DNA of 64,000 nt from a bacterium (GCA_046758365.1 JBHIAC010000001.1:84943-148942), one strand, 5' to 3'; positions 51,942-61,700 are shown, counted from the first letter of the stretch. Notes: generated from the sequence alone by a model not told the origin. A program made the numbers and translations.

Positions 51942-52044
51942 ATAGGTTAACTTTTACCAAAAGAGTAAAATCGCCTTTCGCAAAAAACTCTTGACTTATG
52001 TTTTTTTTTATTATTATGTTGCTACCACGAAGAAAGAAAAAGAA

Positions 52045-52182
52045 ATGGCTAAGTTAGAGCAGCATCCAAAAGAACAACAAAATTCTAAAGATAATTTAAA
52101 AAATGAAATCAAAAAATTGAATTTAAAACAATTGGAAGGGATAGCTACACTTTTATTAACTCAATTTCCGGATAATATGTAA
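52045..52182 (+). CDS. Small hypothetical protein (45 aa)
   Basis: ATG downstream of a TTGACT promoter candidate (51991). The track's TTG start lies inside that -35 box. Confidence 0.4.
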   Translation: MAKLEQHPKEQQNSKDNLKNEIKKLNLKQLEGIATLLLTQFPDNM

Positions 52183-52257
52183 ACATTAACGGGGGGAAAC
52201 ATGAATTCTGATAATATCTTGATAATCGGCTAAACTTAATTTTATTTACGAAGATTT

Positions 52258-52294
52258 AAAAACCCTCTAAATTATTTTAGAGGGTTTTTTATTT
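52258..52294 (+). terminator. Intrinsic (bidirectional-type) terminator
   Basis: AAAAACCCTCTAAA-TTAT-TTTAGAGGGTTTTT followed by TATTT. Confidence 0.8.
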
Positions 52295-52444
52295 AAAAAA
52301 ATTGATTTCCATTGGAAAAGTTTTATATATTAGATATTAATGGATAAAAAATTATACTTAAAACATCTAATCGACTACCTTTGATCAGTTACAGGCAATT
52401 CTATTACATTTGTAAGGTTTATTAATAGATAATAGATTTGAAAT

Positions 52445-53818
52445 TTGAGTAATCTTAAGATAAATCCCGTACTGAGTTTTCACCAAGGCACACTGCTTTT
52501 AAAAAATTATAATCATGAAATCGATCTCCCTTGCTTTCTCTGGGATGCTCGCTCAAAACAGTGGCGGGCTAAGGCCATGTATTATGATGAAATTATTCGA
52601 TGGCTAAAATCAAAGAACATTTCATTTGAAGATCACGTCACGGAAATTTCCAATTTAAATCTCAAACTTCGCATGCGGCTGGCATTGCGTCCTTATCAAA
52701 TGGAATCTGTGAAGGCATGGCTTGATTCCAAAGGTCAGGGTAGTATATGTTTGCCCACTGGCACCGGAAAAACGTGGGTGGCTCTTAAAGCAATAGAGCA
52801 TATTAACAAAAGTACTTTAGTTGTTTTGCCAACTCTTGATTTAATGAACCAATGGTATGATCAAATTACTGATGCTTTTGGGATAGCGGTTGGGATACTG
52901 GGCGGCGGAAATCACGAAGTATGTGATGTAACGGTAACAACGTATGACAGTGCATATATCCATATGGATAAGTATGGAAACCGATTTGGTTTGCTTATAT
53001 TTGATGAAGTACACCATCTCCCAGCAGTTACTTTTTCTCATATTCCAGAGATGGCTATCGCACCTTATCGACTTGGACTCACCGCGACTTACCAGCGGAC
53101 AGATGGGCTCCACGGAAAATTGGAAAGGCTCGTAGGGCCTGTGGTTTATGAAAAAAGCATCAAGGATTTAGAAGGCGAGCATTTGGCTGAGTATGAAATC
53201 ATGAAAATCGCTGTGGATTTAACACCGAAGGAAAAAAGAAGTTATACTCAATATCAAAAAATATATGATCATTATATCAGGGAAAAAGGAATCAAATTCT
53301 ATGGCGAGGATTTAAAAACGTTTCTGCAAGAAAGTGCATACGACCCTAAGGCCCGCAGGGCATTTTTGGCTCGTCTTGAGACCAGACGTATCATAATTGG
53401 TGCAGACCGAAAATTGGAAATACTGGAATCTCTTTTGAAATTGCATCACGGCGATCGAGTTCTGATTTTTACAATCAGCAACGAATTGGTTTATAAGATA
53501 TCTGAGATGTTTCTGATTCCAGCCCTTACGCATCATACAAAAACCGTGGAACGGAAATGGATATTGGAAATGTTTAGAAAAGGGAAGTATTCTGTACTGG
53601 TCACTTCAAAAGTATTGAATGAAGGGGTGGATGTTCCGAGTGCTAATGTGGCCATTATTCTCAGTGGATCGGCAAGTCCTGTTGAACATCTCCAGCGCCT
53701 GGGTCGAATTCTAAGGAAGGAGAAAAATAAACAAGCCGTGCTTTACGAATTGGTGACGCGAGGTACTAAGGAAAGTCAAATTTCTTACCAACGAAGGCGC
53801 TCCGATGCTTACCAATGA
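52445..53818 (+). CDS. XPB/Rad25-like SF2 helicase
   Basis: LRPYQ, LPTGTGKT, DEVH, GLTAT, LNEGVDVP and QRLGRILR; N-terminal WDAR...WRA.A..Y domain. Confidence 0.9.
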   Translation: MSNLKINPVLSFHQGTLLLKNYNHEIDLPCFLWDARSKQWRAKAMYYDEIIRWLKSKNISFEDHVTEISNLNLKLRMRLALRPYQMESVKAWLDSKGQGSICLPTGTGKTWVALKAIEHINKSTLVVLPTLDLMNQWYDQITDAFGIAVGILGGGNHEVCDVTVTTYDSAYIHMDKYGNRFGLLIFDEVHHLPAVTFSHIPEMAIAPYRLGLTATYQRTDGLHGKLERLVGPVVYEKSIKDLEGEHLAEYEIMKIAVDLTPKEKRSYTQYQKIYDHYIREKGIKFYGEDLKTFLQESAYDPKARRAFLARLETRRIIIGADRKLEILESLLKLHHGDRVLIFTISNELVYKISEMFLIPALTHHTKTVERKWILEMFRKGKYSVLVTSKVLNEGVDVPSANVAIILSGSASPVEHLQRLGRILRKEKNKQAVLYELVTRGTKESQISYQRRRSDAYQ

Positions 53819-54986
53819 TCTTCTGCGTTTCAAAATAGATGAACGTGCCATCATACCTCGCTACCTAACCCGAAGACATGCAGGCACCTACCTCAAAATT
53901 GCTCAAGATTTAATTCACATTTACCAAAACCATGTAGGAAAAACTCGTCGTGCATTAGAACAGGCTTTAGACGACTACGAGCAAAATCGGGTTGGTTACA
54001 AAATACAGCGAGGTTTAACTAAGATTTTGGATGGGTTTGTAGAATTTCAACCAAAACTGGAATTTGATTTCCCTGAATTCAGAAAGAATTTGTTCGAATT
54101 TGTTGAAAAGTATCGTCCAGTGGTTCGTCAAGCAGACCTGGTTCATCAAAATACTAAAAATTTTGTTTTAAAGAAATTTGCTAAAGAGTTGAAGCCTTTA
54201 CCCCATTTTTTATATGGGGATTTACCAGACCACCATGTCTTAGTAAAAATAAAACGAAGAATTGAGCCAGATGAATTACTCCGCCGCTACAATATGGCAT
54301 TGGCCCAAGGGATTTTGTATCGATGCTACCAAATGGAAGTCAAGATTTGGGATAGTTATAAAACTGTTTTTCACTATCTTAAGCTGGCTCAACTAATGCA
54401 TAAAATTGGTAAAGCAGGGGAGGCCTACCAAATTATTGTTGACGGACCACTATCTCTTTTTAAAAGAACCCAAAAATATGGGGTAAATTTGGCACGATTT
54501 CTACCTGGCTTACTTCTAGCTCAAAAATGGCAAATGAACGCTTTAGTGAATACTGAAAAGGGCCAGCGGTCTTTTTTTTTGAATCAGGATTGTGGACTTA
54601 CAAGTCATTATAAAAAAGAAGATCCTTTCGATAGTACAGTGGAAGAAGCATTTTACAATGGCTTTAAAAGACGAAATACTGAATGGGATATCGAAAGGGA
54701 GTGTGAAATTGTGGACCTCGGTAATACGGTATTCATTCCGGATTTTAAACTCATTCATCCTGATGGTTGTAACATGTTGTTGGAAATTGTTGGCTTTTGG
54801 ACTCCTGAATATTTGAATAAGAAGTTGGAAAAATTAAAACAGGCAAATCGAAAAGACCTGATTGTGGCTGTAAATGAGAAATTGAATTGCTCTAAAAGCG
54901 ATTTTATAGGGCCGGTGATATATTTTAAAACTAGATTGAAAGTGAGCGTGGTTTTGAATTTGTTAAAGGAGATTTTTTCAAATTAA
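53805..54986 (+). CDS. DUF790 family (Bax1-like) endonuclease
   Basis: MLTNDLL, RRYN.ALAQ, DGPLSLF..T.KYG, FDS.VE and IPDF...EIVGFWTPEYL; 14-nt overlap with the helicase. Confidence 0.88.
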   Translation: MLTNDLLRFKIDERAIIPRYLTRRHAGTYLKIAQDLIHIYQNHVGKTRRALEQALDDYEQNRVGYKIQRGLTKILDGFVEFQPKLEFDFPEFRKNLFEFVEKYRPVVRQADLVHQNTKNFVLKKFAKELKPLPHFLYGDLPDHHVLVKIKRRIEPDELLRRYNMALAQGILYRCYQMEVKIWDSYKTVFHYLKLAQLMHKIGKAGEAYQIIVDGPLSLFKRTQKYGVNLARFLPGLLLAQKWQMNALVNTEKGQRSFFLNQDCGLTSHYKKEDPFDSTVEEAFYNGFKRRNTEWDIERECEIVDLGNTVFIPDFKLIHPDGCNMLLEIVGFWTPEYLNKKLEKLKQANRKDLIVAVNEKLNCSKSDFIGPVIYFKTRLKVSVVLNLLKEIFSN

Positions 54987-55039
54987 TATTGAAGCAACAA
55001 TAGTTCTTAACTTTTACAATACCTCACTCATAACGACGG

Positions 55040-55822
55040 TTAAGAACTATACAATTGAAATTGAACAGGAATAGTAACCCAAACACGAATTTTTTTATCA
55101 CGCTGTTTTGCAGGCTTCCATCTAACTTTCTTTATAGCTTCCATAGCGGATTCTTCAAAGCCAATATTAGCTGGTTTAGCTTTAATGATTTCCATCTTTT
55201 CTATTCTGCCCTCAACTCCAACTAAAACCTTGACAAATACGAGTCCTTCTATTTCCGCTTTCACAGCAATCTGTGGATATTTGAGATGTTTCTGGAGCTC
55301 AACAAATCCGCCTATAATTTGTGGAGGTTCATCATAGGCTACAAAAATTGGTAATTCTTCATCTTTTTCAGGTGGAGAGGGAGGGGGCGGTATGTCGAAA
55401 AAATCAATTTCTGTGGAAGCAATGGTTACATCCTCAGGAATTGATTCTTCTTCAGTGGGAATTGGGACACTGGGTCTGGCCGGAGGCGAAGGTCTTCGAA
55501 TTTGCTTTGTAATTGGTATGTCTGCAACTTCTATTTTGATATTAACTTTACTAATTGAAGCAGGAGCAAGCAAATAATGTCTTGCTGATTGAAACGCTGT
55601 AATCAGCAACACTAAAGTAACGGCTAATGAAAGTTCATAAACCTTCTTGTGCTGAAGCTTAAGATCCGCATTAGGGCTCTTGTGCTTAACCAAAAGTTTG
55701 GTATCTACCGTACGTGTAAAAGATTGCCTTGTTTCACGATTAAACCTACTTTCAGGCTTCACGATTAATGACCAAGTTGGGCTTTCGAATGGAGCAAAAC
55801 GATGTCTCTTTTTTAGTATCAT
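55040..55822 (-). CDS. tonB: Energy transducer TonB
   Basis: TM anchor, Pro-rich linker, YP..A....IEG.V and WKPAKQR...V...IPVQF. Confidence 0.88.
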   Translation of the reverse strand: MILKKRHRFAPFESPTWSLIVKPESRFNRETRQSFTRTVDTKLLVKHKSPNADLKLQHKKVYELSLAVTLVLLITAFQSARHYLLAPASISKVNIKIEVADIPITKQIRRPSPPARPSVPIPTEEESIPEDVTIASTEIDFFDIPPPPSPPEKDEELPIFVAYDEPPQIIGGFVELQKHLKYPQIAVKAEIEGLVFVKVLVGVEGRIEKMEIIKAKPANIGFEESAMEAIKKVRWKPAKQRDKKIRVWVTIPVQFQLYSS

Positions 55823-55881
55823 GGCTCATTACTACTTTGTAAAATAATAAAACATTTAGAGTAGTAATCATATTTTCTAAA

Positions 55882-55907
55882 AACGCATGAACGTTACAAA
55901 GGTTACA
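55882..55907 (-). promoter_or_regulatory. Putative ECF-sigma promoter of tonB
   Basis: Minus strand reads TGTAAC-N16-CGTT. Confidence 0.5.
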
Positions 55908-56190
55908 TTTGAATTAGCTTTTCTGGTTTAATTACAAATCAAGTTTAAAAATGTTGTTTTAGGTTTCAATAAAATATAGTCGTTTTGTAACAATCTAAAT
56001 CGCCTTCCTTTTAAAGCAGTGTAACAAATAAATCAGAATTAGAACGATCGCAACTTTGCTTTATTGCACTTATGCAATCTTATTTTTCTTACGAATATGA
56101 TTTTGTCAGAAAATAATTGCTTTTTTAGAGTATTTGAATTATTTTTTATTAATTTTATCAATTACTGAAATACCTTGGGAGGAAAAGAAA

Positions 56191-57624
56191 ATGTGGAAGA
56201 CATGTTTAGTGATAATCTTTGCTGGTTGTCTGCTTTTGACCGGTTTGATCCCGGCATTTGGGCAGGAAGTGCATTTCTATGATAATTTCGAAGCGGGAGT
56301 TTTTGATCAATGGGAGTTGGAGCCAGGCTGGCGTGTGGAACATGAAGAAGATAATTACTTCCTCAGTGGAGAGGGGCATAGTTGGGCCCAGCTTCAAAGA
56401 GGGCAGGACTGGACCGATTATTTCTTTCGGCACCGTCTCAAGCTCATTAGAGGAGGGATTCACTTAAACTATCGAGTTAGCGAGGCAGGGAGATATTTCA
56501 TTAGTTTCGGGGAAGAAGGCCTATATCTACATAAGGAATCGCCTTGGGGAGAATTCATCGATTTGGCTGGAAGTGATGGACGCATTGCCCTGAGGGTCTG
56601 GCATTTTATCGAGATAGTGGGTAACGGCGGGCATCTTCAAGTTTATGTAGATGGAATATTGAGGATAGACTTCACGGATGTTGAACCTCTCAGACAAGGT
56701 AATATTGCCTTTGAGACCCTTGAAGACTCTTATGCTCAGGTAGATGATGTGGAAATTGCCTTTTCTATAAGGGAGGTTTTCCACAAAGATGTACGCGACA
56801 AAGATATTCCCGAACTCACTGTTGATGTTGATATGAATATTCCACAAACAAAAATGGTAAATAAAGATGCCATTGCCGTTGTCATTGGAAATTGTAATTA
56901 TCAAAAGACCAAGGAAGTAAAATTTGCCATAAATGATGCCCGCGCCATCAGAAATTATCTCATAAAAACTTTAGGATTTAAGGATGGAAATATATTCTTT
57001 GTTGAGAATGCAACTCAAAGTGATTTTCGGACTTACTTTGGAATTTCAGGAAATCATAAAGGCAAACTTTTTAATGCAGTAAAGAAAAATAAAAGCGATG
57101 TTTTTGTTTTCTATTCGGGGCACGGAGCGCCGGGGCTAAAAAATCAAAAAGGTTATTTTGTACCTGTCGAGTGCGACCCACAATACGTAGAATTTGGTGG
57201 CTATTCATTAGATACGTTTTATGAAAATATTTCAAAAATTCCTGCCAAATCTACAACGGTAGTTTTAGATGCTTGTTTTTCAGGTGCAACAGTTTTTGAA
57301 AATATTTCTCCGATAGTCATCAAAATTGAGATTCCAGTAATGACTTTATCAAATGGCGTGGTTCTTTCGTCTTCATCGGGAAATCAGGTTTCCAGTTGGT
57401 ATAATGAGAAAAAACACAGCATGTTTACTTATTTCTTTTTAAAAGCCATTCAAAATAAAAACGCAGATTTTAATAAAGATGAACAGGTAACATTTGCAGA
57501 AATTTATCAATATATTTCAGATGAAAGTGAAGGGGTGCCCTATTATGCCCGTAGAATTCACGGAGTTGAACAAAATCCAACGATTGAAGGGAAAAATAAA
57601 GATAGAGTTTTTGTGAAGTATTGA
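56191..57624 (+). CDS. Secreted caspase-family (peptidase C14) protein with N-terminal beta-jelly-roll (DUF1080/LamG-like) domain
   Basis: ATG after GGAGG; signal peptide; AVVIGN, A.NDA, YSGHG (His), LDACFSG (Cys) and QNP. Confidence 0.85.
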   Translation: MWKTCLVIIFAGCLLLTGLIPAFGQEVHFYDNFEAGVFDQWELEPGWRVEHEEDNYFLSGEGHSWAQLQRGQDWTDYFFRHRLKLIRGGIHLNYRVSEAGRYFISFGEEGLYLHKESPWGEFIDLAGSDGRIALRVWHFIEIVGNGGHLQVYVDGILRIDFTDVEPLRQGNIAFETLEDSYAQVDDVEIAFSIREVFHKDVRDKDIPELTVDVDMNIPQTKMVNKDAIAVVIGNCNYQKTKEVKFAINDARAIRNYLIKTLGFKDGNIFFVENATQSDFRTYFGISGNHKGKLFNAVKKNKSDVFVFYSGHGAPGLKNQKGYFVPVECDPQYVEFGGYSLDTFYENISKIPAKSTTVVLDACFSGATVFENISPIVIKIEIPVMTLSNGVVLSSSSGNQVSSWYNEKKHSMFTYFFLKAIQNKNADFNKDEQVTFAEIYQYISDESEGVPYYARRIHGVEQNPTIEGKNKDRVFVKY

Positions 57625-57643
57625 AAGAGTTTGTACTCAATTC

Positions 57644-57680
57644 AAGCTCAGTCATGCCACTACGCATGCGGTCTATGGCT
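57644..57680. repeat. Palindromic 37-bp element, copy 1
   Basis: AAGCTCA-NN-CATGC-N6-GCATGC; 26/37 identical to 59229-59265. Confidence 0.6.
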
Positions 57681-57762
57681 ACTCTATTTGGATCATTCAT
57701 TGAACCAAAAAATTAAGCAAGAAATCGACACATTCATTTTAAGAAAAGTTTTCAATTTCCTC

Positions 57763-57790
57763 TTGATTTATAAAGATAATTTCTTATATT
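57763..57790 (+). promoter_or_regulatory. Sigma70-type promoter candidate
   Basis: TTGATT-N16-TATATT. Confidence 0.5.
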
Positions 57791-57922
57791 GAAATCGGCA
57801 GAACTACAATAATTTTTTTGCACCACAATCAACTCCTGAAACATTCTAAATACCACAAAATAATACTTCAATAGAGGAAGGGAGCAAAGAGAAAAGACTT
57901 TTCCTAAATAGGAGGATAAAAA

Positions 57923-59203
57923 TTGAAAGGATATAAATGCTTACTGTTTTTTGGAATGACATTAATGTTATTCCACTTGGTAGGTTGTGCTGCGTTAAAA
58001 AAGTATGGAAAGCTTGAAAAAAGCGCACGTCAACAGTACCGGAAAGGAAACTACGATGCAGCCGTTTTCGATTGTGCTGCATCACTCCGGCAGAATCCCA
58101 AATATGATAAGGCTCAAGCATTGATCCAAGATGCCTTCCGGGCTGCCGTCAATACGCATGAAAGTAAAATCAAGCAACTGGAACTCACGTCTGCAAAGTT
58201 TAAATGGGACGACGTAATGGTTGAGTATCAGGCGTTGATCAAGCTCAATGAGGCCATAAGAAACTTACCAACGCTTACTGACAAGAAGACTAAGGAGATT
58301 ATAAGGATTGATGTAATCGACTACACTCGGGAACTGGCAGAGGCACAGACCAAGGCCGCAGAAGCCCATTATCAAGAAGGCCTTCGTCTATCAAGAATGG
58401 AAGGGGTTGATTTTCAGAAACATGCAGCAAAAGAATTCAAAATCGCTAATCGCATTTCTCCCGGTTATAAAGATGCTGCCACTTTATATGAAAAGAGTAG
58501 ACAAGCTGGTATAAAAAGAATAGCTATTATACCTTTTGCAGATAAGAGCGGTAAGAGAAGAAAATATGGTGCCATTTCAGAAAGAATCATGGATGAAATC
58601 ATCAGTCAAGTGATGGATGACCCAAGCGTTACGGAATTTTTAGAGATCATTTCTCGAGATCACCTTGAACAGGTTATGCAAGAACAGAAACTGGGCTTAT
58701 CAGGTATCGTTGATGAGCGAACGGCTGTGCAATTAGGAAAGGTGCTCGGAGTGCATGAAATTCTTACAGGTCAAATTACACAGATCATTTACACCCCGGT
58801 GCGGAAAGTTCACAAAACAGAAAAGGATAAGTCAAGAGTAGTTATAAAAAAAGAGAAATATAAAGATGCCGAGGGAAAGGAAAAAGAAAGAAATGTTTGG
58901 GGGGATGTACATGCGACTGTTAGGATTTACACAAAGACAACAAAAGCTTCCATATCGGGATCCTATAAGGTCCTCGATGTGCAAACCGCGAAGATTAAAT
59001 ACAGCAAGTCCTTTGTTGGAAAAGCCGATTTTAAAAGCGAATGGGCTACCTATGCTGGAGACAAAAGGGCTCTAAGCAAAAAAAACAAGTCACTTGTTAA
59101 AAGGGGCGAACAATTGGCGCCGGTAGAAGAAGAAATGGTGAGTCGAGCAATGCTCAATCTATCCACCTCTCTGGTGAATTCATTGAAAGAATATGCCCGT
59201 TAA
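57923..59203 (+). CDS. Lipoprotein with TPR-like helices and CsgG/HfaB-like domain
   Basis: Lipobox LVGC; RIAIIPF, IISRDHLEQVMQEQKL..SG.VD..TA..LGK.LG and KVLDVQTAKI. Confidence 0.78.
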   Translation: MKGYKCLLFFGMTLMLFHLVGCAALKKYGKLEKSARQQYRKGNYDAAVFDCAASLRQNPKYDKAQALIQDAFRAAVNTHESKIKQLELTSAKFKWDDVMVEYQALIKLNEAIRNLPTLTDKKTKEIIRIDVIDYTRELAEAQTKAAEAHYQEGLRLSRMEGVDFQKHAAKEFKIANRISPGYKDAATLYEKSRQAGIKRIAIIPFADKSGKRRKYGAISERIMDEIISQVMDDPSVTEFLEIISRDHLEQVMQEQKLGLSGIVDERTAVQLGKVLGVHEILTGQITQIIYTPVRKVHKTEKDKSRVVIKKEKYKDAEGKEKERNVWGDVHATVRIYTKTTKASISGSYKVLDVQTAKIKYSKSFVGKADFKSEWATYAGDKRALSKKNKSLVKRGEQLAPVEEEMVSRAMLNLSTSLVNSLKEYAR

Positions 59204-59228
59204 TTCTATTTTATTTCAAAGTTGCCTA

Positions 59229-59265
59229 AAGCTCAAGCATGCGTCCTTGCATGCAGTATCTGGTT
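59229..59265. repeat. Palindromic 37-bp element, copy 2
   Basis: AAGCTCAAGCATGCGTCCTTGCATGCAGTATCTGGTT, just after the lipoprotein stop. Confidence 0.6.
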
Positions 59266-59301
59266 CACTACTATAAGATTTTCAATAAAAATCAATTCAA
59301 C

Positions 59302-59375
59302 CTATTTGGTGCGGGTGAGATTGCTTGACACGCAGAAGTATTTCAGCCAAAGACCTTCAATTTTTGTACTACCAA
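59302..59375. repeat. Direct copy of an internal patatin gene segment (60264-60338)
   Basis: About 75 bp with 4 substitutions and 1 indel relative to the coding copy. Confidence 0.9.
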
Positions 59376-59508
59376 GAAATTGACCTAATTTTACTTAACT
59401 ATGTGGATTTCTTATAGCATAACTTCTATTTTTGTAGAAAAATATGTCTTGATTTTCTCTATTTTTAATTTTATTTTGAATTAATAAAATCATTTATAGG
59501 AGATTAAT

Positions 59509-59574
59509 ATGTATGTAGTAAAAGCAGTTTATCGAAATGGTAATATTGAACTTTTCGAAAAGCAACTCATGTAA
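59509..59574 (+). pseudogene. Truncated antitoxin-like (DUF104/AF2212-type) ORF, MYVVKAVYRNGNIELFEKQLM
   Basis: AGGAG RBS; KAVY.NG.I.L motif; stops after 21 codons. Confidence 0.45.
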
Positions 59575-59739
59575 TTTGTGATTTTATTCAAATCCATAAT
59601 TAATCTATCTTGATAAATACCTCTGAAGTCATTATTCGAACCCCCTCACAAAATTTATTAAATCAATAGTGTTAATAATCAAGGAAAACATTGCGGGTCA
59701 GAACGATCATGATGGATCTTGTTTAGTATTATAGTGAAA

Positions 59740-61611
59740 TCACGAAAATTGGTCCACCTCTTCAGAGAATACTTTATTGTTCTTCCACTTTTCGATCTTC
59801 TTCAGTGCAAAGTGATAACCAATGTCAATGATCTTTTCTGCTGAATCGAACTCAAGTATCCCAAAATCTTCAACTGGTGGATTGATATAAAGATCAGCTC
59901 CCCCTTTTATTATCATGGCTTCTTGAGAATGCCTACTACTGAGCTCTGTCGTTCGCATTAAAATACTAATAATATGGGGAACGTTTAGCGTTTTTACGAA
60001 AGGATTAATTCGGCTCCATAGAACCTTCCAGCCTGATAAGCAATCACCATATTTTGAACTGGTTTCAAGATCAACTTGTGAACTCACATCGACAGCGATT
60101 ACGGGTCCTCCCTTACAGAGTTTGTTCATCACATCGATCGGCAAGTTATTGAGTACTCCGCCATCTACAAGCATATCGCGCTCGTAGAAGAGAGGCGGTG
60201 TAATTCCTGGAAGTGCACAACTCGCTCTCACACTTCTCCATAAAGAACCCTCCTGATGTACCACTATTTTGGCACGGGTGAGATTGCTTGACACGCAGAA
60301 GTATTTCATCCAAAGATCTTCAATTTTTGTACTACCAAACGTTTTTTTTAGAATCTTAACTATCTTTCGACCAGTAAACAAAGACACGATTGGCAAGGTT
60401 ACATCGAAGAGCGACCATGGATTCTTAAAAATCGCCCTAATTTTCCTTAACATGACTTGGTAATCCCAACCCAGCGCATGGGCGGCTGCTACGACAGAAC
60501 CCATGCTGGTGCCTCCAATAAGATCGATAGGAATTTTAGCCTCTTCGAGAGCACGAATTACACCAATGTGAGCAAAGCCGCGTGCGCCACCGCCACCGAG
60601 TACCAGACCAACTGCGCGGCCTGTGAGCAGTCGTACAAGGCGTTCAAAATCAGCTTTATTGTGCAATCGAACGTGATGATGCGCATCTACTTGACGCATT
60701 GAAAGCCACCTTTTCGTTCTAACAGGATGCTTACTCTCATCTTGATGCAGCAACACCAGTTCTTTGTGCGCAGTCCTATGGTTTGTATAAGTATCCAACA
60801 TCGCCATCACGACTTCACTATGGATGGGCTCAGATTCTGCCTGACCTACGATGAGGATATGATCTGCCTGCCGTATACAACGACTCGTCCAAAGTGATGA
60901 GATAGCATCAGATTCGTAAATGACGAAGCGATACTTTGTCTCCTGCTCATTAAGCCACGCTACAATCTTGCTGTTGTTGGCATCGTTTAGTGGCGTTTGA
61001 GCTGCACCTTTTTCTAAAGAACTGTCAAAACGATCGGCGTTCAAGTGGAGGGTCGAGCCAGTTGCAGCAAGAGTTGTTGCAAGATGATCCGTGAAATCAG
61101 ACAGCGGCACATCTTTATCAACGGGGATAACGGCGATAGTAGCCAGAGAGTTTACCAGGCGCGACAAACGAATTGTCCGACGCAGACGCGAGACGATTAT
61201 GCGAGCAATTCGCATCATCGCCTGCGGATACTTTTCTATAAGACGGTCAAATTCTGCCTTGGAAAACTTTACAAGTTCGGTATCGCGGATGGCATAAACC
61301 GTTGCAGACCTGTCCTCTTCACTCAATATCGCCATCTCGCCGACACATTCACCACGTCCCACTTCACCTACAATTACTTCATCTCCGTTTTTGTCCTCAA
61401 CATAAACGCGAAGACGGCCGTTGCTAACAATATACACACAATCGCCTACATCTCCCTGTCGAATGAGAGTTACTCCACTGGGGAGGTGGACCCACTCGAG
61501 ATTTGTGGCTAAGTCGTGGAGGATCGACTCGTTCAATCCGCCGAGCAGCTCGGTGGAGGCAAGAAACGCTACGAAATCATTGGATACCGTTCGAGGTGTT
61601 GGTTTTTCCAT
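59740..61611 (-). CDS. Cyclic-nucleotide-binding patatin-like phospholipase (NTE-like)
   Basis: cNMP domain (GE.A...R.ATV.A.RD) and patatin motifs GGGGARG, GTSMG and DGG. Confidence 0.93.
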   Translation of the reverse strand: MEKPTPRTVSNDFVAFLASTELLGGLNESILHDLATNLEWVHLPSGVTLIRQGDVGDCVYIVSNGRLRVYVEDKNGDEVIVGEVGRGECVGEMAILSEEDRSATVYAIRDTELVKFSKAEFDRLIEKYPQAMMRIARIIVSRLRRTIRLSRLVNSLATIAVIPVDKDVPLSDFTDHLATTLAATGSTLHLNADRFDSSLEKGAAQTPLNDANNSKIVAWLNEQETKYRFVIYESDAISSLWTSRCIRQADHILIVGQAESEPIHSEVVMAMLDTYTNHRTAHKELVLLHQDESKHPVRTKRWLSMRQVDAHHHVRLHNKADFERLVRLLTGRAVGLVLGGGGARGFAHIGVIRALEEAKIPIDLIGGTSMGSVVAAAHALGWDYQVMLRKIRAIFKNPWSLFDVTLPIVSLFTGRKIVKILKKTFGSTKIEDLWMKYFCVSSNLTRAKIVVHQEGSLWRSVRASCALPGITPPLFYERDMLVDGGVLNNLPIDVMNKLCKGGPVIAVDVSSQVDLETSSKYGDCLSGWKVLWSRINPFVKTLNVPHIISILMRTTELSSRHSQEAMIIKGGADLYINPPVEDFGILEFDSAEKIIDIGYHFALKKIEKWKNNKVFSEEVDQFS

Positions 61612-61700
61612 TAGTATTATTAGTCAAATCTTTGTTATTTGGCCAGCCCCGCCTTTCACAGGGAAAGAAATTTGAATTTCTTGAATTCTCGATGTATAAC

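Noticed and set aside
57644..59265. Integron attC sites
   Set aside because: No RYYYAAC/GTTRRRY ends, no integrase, and the genes have their own promoters.
59302..60338. DGR template/variable repeat pair
   Set aside because: No reverse transcriptase in the window, the differences are not restricted to adenines, and the coding copy is mid-gene.
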